This document shows, piece after piece, positions 48,001 to 58,691 of a DNA stretch of 64,000 nucleotides (positions are counted from its first letter, which is position 1; the number at the start of each line of letters is the position of its first letter). Where the stretch lies: the NCBI GenBank assembly GCA_048772705.1, contig JBLWGC010000140.1, forward strand, positions 186,001 to 250,000. The letters are read 5' to 3'. A program made the position numbers and the translations under genes. The DNA is from Leidyana gryllorum EB-2025a (taxonomy: Eukaryota > Protista > Apicomplexa). The notes beneath the pieces are model-generated. The model was not told the origin of the DNA. It saw nothing but the letters and a program-made list of their open reading frames with translations, and did not search any database.

Positions 48001-51000
48001 TGAGAGTGGGGAACAATATGGGGGCGAATACGTCTCGGATGGATTGCATTGGGCACCCTTCGTGCCGAGAGGCCGTTTGGCCGATTGGGCATCGCAGGGA
48101 GACCCAAGTCTTCAAGGCCAACAGCATCAAGTTTTCGCTGCTGCAGAGGGAAGAGGCAGATTTGAGGTTGACGGCGAACTCTCACCCGACTTTACAGCTC
48201 CTTTTCCTCAGGACCTTCACGAATTGCCCGATTTTATCCACCTGGACACTATCAAATACGAGAACGAATTACTCCCCGCATCCGGAGCCAAAGGTGGGCC
48301 AGTGTCCAGCCGCAGAAGTTCTGGGGCCACATATTACTCTGCCGTGGACAACTACGATGGGGAAGCCGATGTGACAACAGGACTTGACAACCCCGACGGC
48401 TTGATCGGTATACGATCGGCCGCGCTCTCCTACGCCGCAGAGGTTGGGCAGCAATGGTCAGAGTTTGACGGTGATTGTGATGCAGAGGTGGAACACTTCA
48501 CGAGCCGATCCCCGTCAAGAAGAAGTCCCGGCCAAAGCCAAACTCCGATGAACGACTTTGAGCGCAGTACCCAAACCCCGCACTATCAAGAAGGAATGGA
48601 TCGTGAGGGATTCGTGCCAATTAAGAAGGCTGAGCCGACGACGATCCTCAATCAGCAACGATTCGGGCCCCATGGGGCGGATAACGGTGCAACAGGTATT
48701 GCGGGAACGCAGTTTGCCAATGTTGTACCGGAAGTGTCAGCCCTGAGCTCCAGTGAACCTTTCACAACGCTACCCGGAATTGCTCACTATTCTGCTGCTA
48801 AGGGCAATTTTGATTATCGCACGCCATCACACTTTGAGCGTAAGCGACCGCAGCGGACGACAGAGTCTTTGGGAGCAGAAATGCGCACAGCTGAACCCTC
48901 CAGAAGACCCGTTGACGCTGCTGCCGTTGGCCCGCGGTCACCCGTTGGCCAGAGTCCAAAGGGCGATGCCGCCGCTCAAAAGCCTAACGCACTGTTCGCC
49001 TCCCCAGTCACTGGACTGCTCTCAACAGAGCTGCCGCTGCCAACGATGACATTCACACCTCCCGTTGATAACACCGAAATGAGATCGGCATTTCTGACTT
49101 CACTTTTCGCACCTGAGAGTGAAGAGAGAATGTCTCAGTCACCATTCGTTGTTGGCACGTCTGATCACTCGCTTGAAAGGAACGTATCGCCGTCTCCATT
49201 CCGCGAAGAGAATACTCCACAGCAGTCGCCCGCCCCCATTGTGGGATCGACAGCAGAGGACGGTCGTCATTTTGTCACCCCGAGGTCGACACCAACGAAG
49301 AAAGCATCCGTTGAGGGAGGCTCTCAGGACAGCACTGCTGGCAGCCCGAGTGGGCTCGCCCTCATCGCGGGTGAGGGCTCTGTCACAATCAGTCCCAGCC
49401 GTGGCGGTGAGCGACAGTCCCCGTCTCGGGGTGGAAACGACTTTCTGGGGACTCCTCCGGTCAGCAGCACACCCAGAATTGTAGGGATGCGAGCCAAGTC
49501 ATCACTCGTCCCGACCGTCGGCGTCTCTTCAAAACCAGAGTCTCCCAAGTCCCCTCAACTCTCGTCAACAACAGCAGACCTGCTGGCATTCGCACAGAGC
49601 ACATTTGAGCCCACCTCTATCGATCCGGCGTCGAGTGTTCCTACGGCGACCCTCGCCGTCTCCGACGACGACTTCATTCTCACCGCAGACGCTACTCATC
49701 CACCAATCCCTTTCAGAAGAGCTTCTGCAGTCGTCATCACTCGGAGCGACGCAGAAGGAACAGTCACCCCCATCAACCTCCAGCCGCTCTCGCCTTCGGA
49801 ACTCCAATCTCCGGTGATTGATCCGCCCAGCGAGGTCGGCTCGACACCATTGGAAGCTGAGGTTCTGGAAGACGAAAAATCAGTCACCATCAATGCCACT
49901 GGGCGCCCGCGGAGCTCACCGTCACCTGCAGAACAACAGCAGCGCGTTGGGACGGCACCCCCTCTACCGGGCAGTGACAACGTCGACGGCACACCCAGCG
50001 CCACTTCGACGACATTCGTGCTCCACTCGCCCATTTCTGCAGTGATGAAGGGGACAGAACCTCAAGTCGCAGGGCCAACTCTCCTTCACCAAATTCATAA
50101 CGCATCTTTGGAGCAAAGGACAACACCAACTCTGGAGACTCGCTCCACCACGCCAGTCGACGTTCAGGAAAACAGTCCAGAAGATGAGGCGCTGATCGCA
50201 GACGCAGTGGTGCAGACGGTGGAGCCGGGAACTCGCGAGAGCTCCTCGGAGTATCACGAGGCCCTCTCGTTGTGTCAGGAAGGGGTTCGAGAGATGGAGC
50301 AGCAGCCACAGACAAATGTCGAGTCAATAGAAGAGGAGCACAATGAGAGGATGGGAGACGGAGACGGAGATGTTTTTCTAAATGAGCCCATCCGGTCAAG
50401 TTCCTTTGACCCCAACTTGTTACGGGCGCCGGGGCTGAACCGCGTTGACAGTACACCTGAAAGGTCGTCATGGCCTCGAGTGCGAGGCGTCGGGCAACGG
50501 CTAAAAGCAAAGATTCTGCAACCGCTGTCTCGTGCGACCGAAGCGGTGAAGAATTCCATCGCGTCGAGTCTGCCAACGACTCAGAACGCTGGTGGTATTC
50601 AGCTCTCAGGCGCGACAGCTATCCGAGATGATACCTCGCGGACAGCAGAGACTCCCGTCGTGGTTGAGTCTCCGGAACGAGTGGTCACAGTGAGCACGAG
50701 AGATGACTCGGTGAGCCGGTCGTCGAGGACGGAACCAACAGTGTCGTGGGAGGGTCCAGCGCGGCTGTTGTCCAAGTTGAAGGGACGACAGCAACTTGAA
50801 ATAACTCCCGCACTGAGTCAGGAAGTCAAACGAATTGTCGGAAAGTACAAATGGGCTAAACAGGCGACAGAGGATTTGGACAGACTCCCTTTGAGTCTGA
50901 CAGATAAGATCAGAGTCGCAGAGATATTGGGTGGAGAGAAGGCCGCCTGGGATGCGTTGAAGCGGGCTGATGAGGCCTATGTACGTCTTGAAGGGTCCAA

Positions 51001-52339
51001 CTGGCTCCACTTAGCCAACGAGCACCCAGCGCTCGTTACTGCAGGCCACTTCAAAGTTGGTCTCTTCAACAGCGGTCTGCGAGCTGCAACCATCCGGGAG
51101 GCCCAACAGATGGGACTGACCGCAGAGGGGCTTTCGCACGTGATAGCCAAGGGACTCGACTTACAGCTGTTGTTGTCCAGTGATTCCGCGTGTATCTTGT
51201 CGGACGCCGAAGTGCTGAGCAAATTGACGGCTCAGTCATTGTCCACTTGGATTGCTCCGGCTCTGCGGAGCAGCCATCTCGATGCCGGTACCATGCTGCC
51301 GAGGATCAGGAAAGTCATAGAGCGTCAGAAGGCCAATGCTGGGGACACTTTGACTTTGCTGAGCAAATGGTATGTGCGGTTACCGGGTCGGACTGCGTCT
51401 CTCTCTCGAGCTTTGTTGAAATTGGGATCAACTCACTCTTACAAAAGTCTCTGCGCGTGGGATCGATCTTTGAGAGACAGTTATTACTCCCAGGATCTCA
51501 GACCAGTCGCGGTGTCCGGATACAGTGAAGGGACCGTCTCGTGGATGTTGGAACATTTTAACTCGCGGGAAATCGAGCAGCTTTGTGCCCGTCAATACAG
51601 CGAGCCTGTTGTGGCATTCCTCAAGAGACTCAGTGTCCCAAAAGTCCGCGAGTTCTTGAACGGATATCAGTATCTCAATCTCACAATCGAAGCAATGCTG
51701 AGTAACGTGGAGATGGATAGGTCGTCGTCGCCGGAAGCCAATGCCGAAATTGTTTATCGGTTACTCACCGCGAGCAAAGTGGAGTCAATCTCGGAAGAAC
51801 CCTATCTGAACGACTCTGAGGTTCAGGCTCTGGCTTTGCGACAATTCGATCATCAGCCACTGATGGATATCATAGACGCGCTGGAAGCCGAGTCGAGGCG
51901 CTCGAGTCTGAAATTCCGTATTGGGTTCTGCGTGAACATCGACGACGCCATCGCCGAGATTGTGCGACAAGACACAGGGGGTCGTGTGAGACGCGAGTTT
52001 GTGGACAAAATCTTTGGGCCGGAAGACAGTCCCTTCGCCGCACCTCTATTGAGCAACGCGGCACTCAACTGTCTCCTGATGGTCTGTGACGAATGTGAAT
52101 CCTTGGAGCAAAAGGTTGAACTCCTCGCACAGATCGGAAGCCGCGGATACACTTCAGACGATATAGTCCGATTACTCACTGTGGCCGGCGGCGTCGCAAA
52201 CTACCGCACCATCATCAAGTTGGTCAAACTGTACCGCCACGACGATTTTCAAAGGGCTTTCGACGATTACTCCCATCACAGACTCACCCGAGGCCACTTC
52301 TGCCAACTCATGTTGAACCCCTCTAGCAGGACCCATTAA
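45002..52339 (+). CDS. Large hypothetical protein (ordered N- and C-terminal regions, polyproline, long disordered centre)
   Basis: 2445-aa ORF. The T-tract plus CAG at 45036-45049 suggests the true 5' end may be spliced. Confidence 0.8.
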   Translation: MNSIAAPLGRSNFFFQRLRTPGMGPSVRSRNGREVYSVHKRLIQCIEFLSLMQDTTLAAGVVEGPQQRLSRCYQELSRTDRQWKLYDRMTLRRALRAMLEAELRHEAASRPLQTTTDFDTLDTAITDLDSATHSQSPTSSTQGGYCPAEEAHEALVETMATYLEHILPDRCARLRAGGDSLKSKLWRADVERLVERLVDRSIPRGTKREKKKYSARAKCEAIIRQLSLWLNHESDGDNRHSSNSPSASTSCLQLISADVQPFICPKWECPTKTFTLNRSEVSEGWTLGDLYRPGAVHVPIDFCDSFVIPSGEVSRDHLDFPLELTELLERVLDLIYKSPPDTYHKVRVSMVETEGGPIFFRAVLMAATPVFLTSPVLGWFRPTSSSRTLDLWATPDHAGARDRKPRTTQITAVRGNQYIGYKFRPGDADGKGVIATPNRVVGIQIDTKSVEDPTIYGLEKLHLKVIYRLMDDYDVTPFTHSLYVTADRVELRKLPAEDNSSSYGHQVIANVHIPSGEKMLTCSPFCFLTVKNRGSAEWNKAMRTAQSIDYDISKLHTVCHDDYLRHLCFQQVNPHVRRERDNHIIGATIFAFQNRIRRDEARNLILSDIPLTEIGDITPTRRDTPIQQQDAPVADDSIPPPPPPPPFQLPPGNPPLDETVQRNSLALLTELRNNAQFKRRSHTDSTTPRQSPRDDLPPPTHSTRHSSIDLNGLRDSTPSARIGGGIPETETANGGHQSGPFHSNAHRISSLHEIESRQTDMSRGADDIVWERMPCVLSHDEHHHHHHRGWEPTAEAIQPASKYPAPVNGYPHSYLSGADSVRPDLSYDQQSQMAAVEHRNGDYVEYETPSRADLWFLQKGTRDTTDSPNTPIHRQQCYEHGLILPEDMEQRCSMSAVPHDAFPFHHARREVHGPPVPGHQARFVSEEEDVPGSLQSHHDANGRGAALNARGLPISPPYDDYRVWRPSAANAEAVHNSDIANSSFHPGPNECGLPTVDLRRESGEQYGGEYVSDGLHWAPFVPRGRLADWASQGDPSLQGQQHQVFAAAEGRGRFEVDGELSPDFTAPFPQDLHELPDFIHLDTIKYENELLPASGAKGGPVSSRRSSGATYYSAVDNYDGEADVTTGLDNPDGLIGIRSAALSYAAEVGQQWSEFDGDCDAEVEHFTSRSPSRRSPGQSQTPMNDFERSTQTPHYQEGMDREGFVPIKKAEPTTILNQQRFGPHGADNGATGIAGTQFANVVPEVSALSSSEPFTTLPGIAHYSAAKGNFDYRTPSHFERKRPQRTTESLGAEMRTAEPSRRPVDAAAVGPRSPVGQSPKGDAAAQKPNALFASPVTGLLSTELPLPTMTFTPPVDNTEMRSAFLTSLFAPESEERMSQSPFVVGTSDHSLERNVSPSPFREENTPQQSPAPIVGSTAEDGRHFVTPRSTPTKKASVEGGSQDSTAGSPSGLALIAGEGSVTISPSRGGERQSPSRGGNDFLGTPPVSSTPRIVGMRAKSSLVPTVGVSSKPESPKSPQLSSTTADLLAFAQSTFEPTSIDPASSVPTATLAVSDDDFILTADATHPPIPFRRASAVVITRSDAEGTVTPINLQPLSPSELQSPVIDPPSEVGSTPLEAEVLEDEKSVTINATGRPRSSPSPAEQQQRVGTAPPLPGSDNVDGTPSATSTTFVLHSPISAVMKGTEPQVAGPTLLHQIHNASLEQRTTPTLETRSTTPVDVQENSPEDEALIADAVVQTVEPGTRESSSEYHEALSLCQEGVREMEQQPQTNVESIEEEHNERMGDGDGDVFLNEPIRSSSFDPNLLRAPGLNRVDSTPERSSWPRVRGVGQRLKAKILQPLSRATEAVKNSIASSLPTTQNAGGIQLSGATAIRDDTSRTAETPVVVESPERVVTVSTRDDSVSRSSRTEPTVSWEGPARLLSKLKGRQQLEITPALSQEVKRIVGKYKWAKQATEDLDRLPLSLTDKIRVAEILGGEKAAWDALKRADEAYVRLEGSNWLHLANEHPALVTAGHFKVGLFNSGLRAATIREAQQMGLTAEGLSHVIAKGLDLQLLLSSDSACILSDAEVLSKLTAQSLSTWIAPALRSSHLDAGTMLPRIRKVIERQKANAGDTLTLLSKWYVRLPGRTASLSRALLKLGSTHSYKSLCAWDRSLRDSYYSQDLRPVAVSGYSEGTVSWMLEHFNSREIEQLCARQYSEPVVAFLKRLSVPKVREFLNGYQYLNLTIEAMLSNVEMDRSSSPEANAEIVYRLLTASKVESISEEPYLNDSEVQALALRQFDHQPLMDIIDALEAESRRSSLKFRIGFCVNIDDAIAEIVRQDTGGRVRREFVDKIFGPEDSPFAAPLLSNAALNCLLMVCDECESLEQKVELLAQIGSRGYTSDDIVRLLTVAGGVANYRTIIKLVKLYRHDDFQRAFDDYSHHRLTRGHFCQLMLNPSSRTH

Positions 52340-52876
52340 GAAGAGATCTGTGTCAAAAGTGATTCATCTGAATTTTGTTGCCACCGAAATAGTGCAGGTT
52401 GATACCAATGAACCGAGTCGAACACTAAGCTTAATTAACGAAGAAAGAAAGAAAGAGGAGAGAAGTGAGAAAGAAAGATCGACAGATAGGTGATAGAGTC
52501 ACATACAGCAATGCGGATATGTGATGAAACCCGACACTCTCCGAGTCTCCTGTGGCAGTGGGGCGACAGGACAGGCACACTCTGCCGCCTATCCGTTTGA
52601 GCGCAATCAGTCAGTCATTCATTGAATCGATTGAATTGTGGAGTCACCATATAACAACATGGAAGTAGAGGGAAAGAACCGCAACAGAACGATTGATAAA
52701 GAATAGTAACTATGGTGGTTGTTGCTCATCGTCGTTGTTCCGGCCAAAGGCGTTAATGACCGGTCGCAAGTTCGCGTCTAAGTGATAGTGAGATTTGAGT
52801 GATGAGGACAGTTGGTCTAAATGACATCATCAATGGGTGAGGAAGAATGAAACAATTGTCGAAGTGGGTTCCTCCA

Positions 52877-55613
52877 TCAGTTGGATGACGGTCGCTGTCT
52901 TCGGCATCGAAGCCACCAAGTAGCAGCTGCGGCTGTCAAACCCAACATAACAATGGGGGTGGCAGGGTGACGTAGAATATTTGTGGCTCGAGCAACTACT
53001 GATGATGCTGTACTCTTCTTATTGTTCTCAGCCTCCCGGTTGGGTTTGGGTGTCGCTTCAGTTGTCGTGGTCGAAGGCAAAGTCAATTGCTCGACCCACT
53101 GTACTCGACCAACCGCCACATCCACAGAGTCCAATTCCTCATCCGTGGTGGACTCGCCGGTCGCTGACTTTCTCATCCCAATTCGCTTCCGGGCACCGCC
53201 CTGAGCGCTCCAATTCCCGCCACTCGACCGTTCGTCCGCCTGTTGAGCAGCTGCCACCGCCAATATGGACTTGACCACCTCTTGATCGATTTTGACAACT
53301 CCACAGCTGGGCATCTTGGAACAGTCCCAGTGCTCTATCTTGAGCGTAGAAGGAATGTTCGGGTGCTCCTCGCAGCCACGGAAGGTCTGAAGTTGGATCT
53401 CATTAGACTCTAGCGACTTCACCATGTAGGTATCTTGCAGACTGTATCCAAACTTGCGGTAATAGTTTCTCGTACCCACTCCCGCAATAATGACCATCCG
53501 ATCGAAACCTTTGCAAAGTGCCAAAGCCTCAGCAGCCAACAACAGTCCGCGGCCGAAACCGCTATGTTGATACCGCTTGTCTTCCTTTCCCTTTGATTTC
53601 TCCGTGGTCGAGACCAACATCCCGTAAACGTGAAGCTCGCGGATCAGAGCCGTCTGCTCATTCTGCAAACATGGGAAAGGCGATTTGAACTTGAGTGCCT
53701 CCTCGTCGTCACCACCGGTCACAGACATCCGCTTCGGCAACCGTAGTCGAAGGAATCCGAACAAAGTACGGCCATCCTCAGTTTCGAAGCTTATAAAGTA
53801 TTCCGTTCCGCCAAAAGTCTCGTAGCTTCGTACCATCAAATGCCCATCTTTGATATTCTTAATCTCCAATCGAATCTCTCGACATCGCATACACTTGCAG
53901 GCCCATCCCATCTGGGTACTCGCCTGCTCCAAGAGTTGTCTCAAATTCGTTTTGCTGTTTCCAGCGATAATGCTCGGATTCGGAATGTCACGGACCACTC
54001 GATTTAACCGAATCCAAGGATACACCAGCCTCTTCACCTGGAGTACCATACTGATCAACTCTATCTCCCCTTGTTGACCGCCTTCAGTGTAGGGCCGATA
54101 TCGCCCCTCCTCGTACCACTTAGCAATCGTGCTGAACGGTGTCACTTCGCACGGATATATCTTCCATTGATCAGCCTGCAATCCCTCGTGACGTAACACT
54201 GTGTCAAACATCAGGCGATCCTTCTCCACGTCCGATCCGGGCAAATCTGGCATAAGGTGAATGTCCACCTTAAAACAACTGTCCTTCAACAGACGGATCG
54301 CTCGAATGGCATCAGCCGTCACACAACCTCTGTTGATCGCCTTGAGTATATTGTCATCCGTGTGTTGAATACCAATCTGTACGCGCGTACACCCGTACCG
54401 CCGTAAACGACGTAATTCGTACTTGTTGATGTAATCAGGCCGGGTCTCTAATGTCAACCCAATCACCTTGCAGGGCGCATCTTCGTTTAGACGCTGCTCC
54501 TCTTCCAATGACAGTCGCTCACGCAACCCTTGTGGAATGGGACAAAGGATGTCTTCTATCGGCCTCTCTGGCTCCCCAGGCAATGTCGTCGATACCGCAC
54601 TGGAAGGCAACCCGAAACTCAATTCCATGAACTTCTCAAACTCGTTAGCAGCATAGAATAGGTCACGGACAAACTCCTCTTGATATGCCGGATCGTAACC
54701 ACTCCATGTTCCTCCCAGCACTAGAATCTCAATCTTGTCAACTACGTGCCCGTTGCGCTTCAATGTGCGAGCGCGATCCCAAAATTGACGTGCTGCATCC
54801 CATCCACATTGATTGCCTCGCAATACTGCATGACCGAAAAGTATAGTAACAAACTTGCTCAATTCTCCACTCACCAGCAGGCTCAGTTGACAAATAAGAC
54901 CGTGGCTGACCAGGCTCATTGGGGCAATAATGACAATTCTTGGGACAGCTAAAAGCTCCTGGACTCGTCAATACGGTGATCACCGCCACTCCTGTAAGAT
55001 TACAACGTTCGAATTACAATATTTCCAACGGCACAAAGCAATCAAGGGACAAGTATTACACACACGCGCGCTCGAACACGCGACAAACGGAGACGTGGTG
55101 CAATCACAACGCGACAAACCACTTCTGCGGTCTGTTTACTTCAAACCGACTACAACGGTCGGTTTTGATTGCACTACCACGAAATCTTTACGTACCAGAC
55201 GAGGTGCGAACGGCACGCTTAGTCAACAGATTGACCAAACTAGGATGAGGCCTGGCCGTCCCATCAGCCTGACATAGTTTCAGGACATGGGCAATTTTAC
55301 TCTTCGAGGGACTGAGACGATGCTTCTTGCGTAATTGAGACATGATAGATTCGAGCTCAGCTGCGGACTGAATCTCGTCTGGATGGGCCGCCAGGTCGCG
55401 TACAAAGGCGAATAGCGCCGTGTCTTCCTCACATTCGGCCTCCAACTTGGCCTCATAAGTGCGCCATGCTTCCATCTGTTGCGCGAATGACTCCAGATGT
55501 CGCCGAGTATGTTCATTCTGCCAATCCTCAGCAGTCACCTGAGCAACTTCGCCTGCTCGCTTGCGGAACGTAGGCTTGTTAGCTGGGAAGAAATCGGCCA
55601 ACCCCTCCTCCAT
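52877..55613 (-). CDS. ELP3: Elongator protein 3 (radical SAM + GNAT) with C-terminal transmembrane tail, 3 exons
   Basis: AVRTSSGVAVITV, CPKNCHYC, LGGTW, LETRPD, HLMPDLPG, RELHVYG, QHSGFG; tail IVMLGLTAAAATWWLRCRRQR. Confidence 0.95.
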
Positions 55614-55651
55614 TATCCAAGTTTTTTTTTGTGCACCCCCGTTTTCGTTGC

Positions 55652-57202
55652 ATGACCGCCAGTACGATGGACGGCCAGGACAGCGCCGATGATGGAGTCG
55701 AGTTGTGGAAGATGAAGCGGCTTATCAAAAAGCTGGAAGATGCCAGAGGGTAAGAGTGACCGTTCGAGGAACCACCATTACGTGCACATTTGTCTTCCCC
55801 AGAAATGGTACTTCTATGATTTCGCTGATCATCAAGCCCAGGGACGAAATTGCCCGAATCAACCGACTCCTTACCGAAGAATATGGCACCGCGTCCAATA
55901 TCAAATCCCGGGTCAACCGACTCTCCGTCCTCAGTGCCATCCAGAGCACTCAACAGAGACTTAGGAGATGGAACAGAACCCCACCAAATGGCCTCGTTAT
56001 CTACTGTGGTACGGTCCTGACTGAAGATGGGAAAGAGAAGAAGCTTTCGATGGACTTCGAACCCTTCAAGCCTGTCAACACTTCCGTGTATCTCTGTGAC
56101 AACAAATTCCATGTCGATCCTCTCAAGGAGATCCTCGAGTCCAATGACAAATTCGGATTTATCATCATGGATGGGTCAGGATCCTTATTCGGCACTGTCC
56201 AAGGCAATGCCCGCGAGGTCCTGCACCGGTTCACGATCGATTTGCCCAAGAAGCACGGCCGTGGTGGTCAATCTGCACTCCGTTTTGCCCGTCTCCGTAT
56301 GGAAAAACGGCACAATTACGTCCGCCGAGTGGCCGAAACGGCAGTACAGATGTTCATCACGAACGACAGACCCAATGTTAAAGGTCTCGTAATCGCTGGT
56401 TCCGCCGATTTCAAGACTGATCTCGCCCAATCGGATATGTTCGATCAAAGGCTCGCCGCTAAAATCCTCAAAATCGTGGATATATCCTACGGTGGCGAGA
56501 ATGGCTTTACTCAAGCAATCGAACTCTCCCAGGACGCGTGAGCATAGCCCATCTTGCTTCAAAGTATTTCCATCTCCTACAGATTGGCCAACGTCAAGTT
56601 TGTCCAGGAAAAGAAAGTTATTCTCAAGTTCTTCGAGGAAGTTGCCACCGACTCGGGACGCTTCGTCTACGGTGTGGACCAAACATTGAAGGTAGACTCT
56701 CGCGGATCACACCCACTTCTCATCTCCTCTACCTTTAGGCACTCGACATGGGAGCAGTAGAGACGTTGATCTTGTGGGAAGGGCTCGAGGTGCAGAGGTG
56801 AGCAGTTTCGCAATGGCACGTCAGAAGTAATGGTCGTTTCTATCTTCAGAATTCAGTTGAAACACCCCGTCACCGAGGCAGAGTCGGTCGAGTTCCGAAC
56901 TTCCGATCAGGCACGAAACGAGGCGTTCAAGGACTCAACAGGCGCTGAGTTGGAAGTCGTCGAACGCATGCCCCTGGCTGAGTGGATAGTTCAGAACTAT
57001 CGCAACTTTGGAGCCACTTTGGAGCTTGTCACTGACTGGTGAGTGCCCTGCCACACATTCTCATTGTCTTTTGCCCCATAGCTCACAAGAGGGTTCGCAG
57101 TTTGTCAAAGGTTTTGGCGGATTGGGTGGTATCCTGCGTTACAAGGTCGATTTCGAGGAATTCGAAGAATATGTGGCCAGCGAGGATGATGACTTCATGT
57201 GA
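55652..57202 (+). CDS. eRF1: Eukaryotic peptide chain release factor 1, about 5 introns
   Basis: [47 protein letters not shown]. Confidence 0.97.
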
Positions 57203-57229
57203 ACAATCAAAGAATTGATCAATGCGGTT

Positions 57230-57919
57230 TCACTCGAGGGTCTCCTCGCATCCTGCAAACACGCCGAACCTCTTTTGTAGTCTGCGAACGATGTGCACCA
57301 CTCACTCATAGGCTGCGTATACGTAATCTATTTGCGTCCCATTGTCCTTGACCACGTCATCGCACCGTTCTAAGCGCGCAAAGAAAGCATCGCATTCACT
57401 GTCTGTTAATGGGCTCGACCCCACTTTGAGGACCTGACAGCCAGCGGATGTCGGCGCGAGAAGCCGACCGATCGCTGCACTCACCTTTTGAAAGAGGTCT
57501 TTGGAAATCAATCCAGTGTCTCCAGGATCCAGGGGGTGGAGGCAATGGATGAGATCTGAGACAGGAGGTAATGGCTCGTAGTTTGTGGTGAAGAAGTCGA
57601 GAAATCTTTCAAAGTTTATGTCTGATTCTGGAGTAGTTGAGTCTAGCTTGAAAAAAGCTAAGGAGAAAAAGAGGGTGGTTCGGCGAGCAACTAATAATAA
57701 GTCACTGACTCGAGATCCTTTGCCGCAGGACCTGTTCCTCTGGCGCTTGGCCAAGTGAGCGAAACAAGGTGGCACAAGTGTCAGGGGTGATAACCCGTTT
57801 GACAGGGTCTGCAACCAAGTGGAACTGTCGTCTGTCCGGTGGGAAAATGGGCAGCCAAGTCGTCGAGACCCCTACTTGATAGCTTCAAGGTTCCAGCGAT
57901 TGATATCTTTCCGGTCCAT
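57230..57919 (-). CDS. Calmodulin/myosin light chain-like EF-hand protein, multi-exon
   Basis: INFERFLDFF, LDPGDTGLIS, LTDSECDAFF, GTQIDY. 3' end uncertain. Confidence 0.65.
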
Positions 57920-57962
57920 AATGGTTGTTGAGTGTGTCTCCCCGGAACACACGTGTGTGTTA

Positions 57963-58691
57963 TTATTGAATTGGTGTAGACAGCAATGTGTCTGGTCGCA
58001 GTGAGTGAGTTTGCGGATTATATGTCCAAAGCCACAAGTGTTTGGGTAAATCGGCGGGTATGAGCTCATGTTGGAATGGAAGGTCGTTGAAGAAGTACTG
58101 CTTGCGGTACTTTCTGTTGGCGATGGGGTTAAGTGAGGACGTGGGGGACCGAACAATGGAGGCCATGACAGCATCAGCGAGGGGTGAAATATGGAAGCGG
58201 TCATCCAGTAGGCGATGAATATCGGAGGTGTTTGAGTGTACCGTTTCACAATATTGTGTTTTGGCTAAAAGGTGGTGAGTGCAATAGTAGAAGTCCTCAG
58301 CAATAGAGTGGGGGCAGTACTTACAGCTGTAACTCAGACCGAAGAGTCGGCATATGACCGGCGCGTTGATTTCTACGAATTTGTCAGCAAAGTTGCCATT
58401 GGGCTCTTCACCAACGAGCCATTTGGTGAAGAGTGAGTATAGATCTATATGGGTATGTAATGCACAGCCAAGTGTCGGAGTCAAGTAAGTGGTAGTAGTA
58501 GCGTAGTGTGGGGACCCACCCTGAGGCGTTTTTGCGGTTTCGTAAAGAGCGGCAAAGGTGAGTGATTTCGTGAGTAGCTCTGTCGAAGACGTGAGAGTAA
58601 GAGTGTCGCAACCCACACCCACCGAGTGGCGGTGACGATTGAGACACAGGGGGCTGTTCGAAGTGGAGATCCTCCTCCTCGGCGCACACAC
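57963..58691 (-). CDS. Hypothetical protein
   Basis: 242-codon ORF with ordinary composition. Start and splicing unresolved. Confidence 0.4.
   Translation of the reverse strand: MCAPRRRISTSNSPLCLNRHRHSVGVGCDTLTLTSSTELLTKSLTFAALYETAKTPQGGSPHYATTTTYLTPTLGCALHTHIDLYSLFTKWLVGEEPNGNFADKFVEINAPVICRLFGLSYSCKYCPHSIAEDFYYCTHHLLAKTQYCETVHSNTSDIHRLLDDRFHISPLADAVMASIVRSPTSSLNPIANRKYRKQYFFNDLPFQHELIPADLPKHLWLWTYNPQTHSLRPDTLLSTPIQ

Noticed and set aside
52512-52600. GTGATGA followed by stems in the intergenic region
   Set aside because: There is no D box or recognisable guide, so it is insufficient for an ncRNA call.
55652-57202. Possible stop-codon reassignment via a variant eRF1
   Set aside because: GTS, NIKS, YxCxxxF and GGQ are intact, and TAA, TAG and TGA all end genes in this window.
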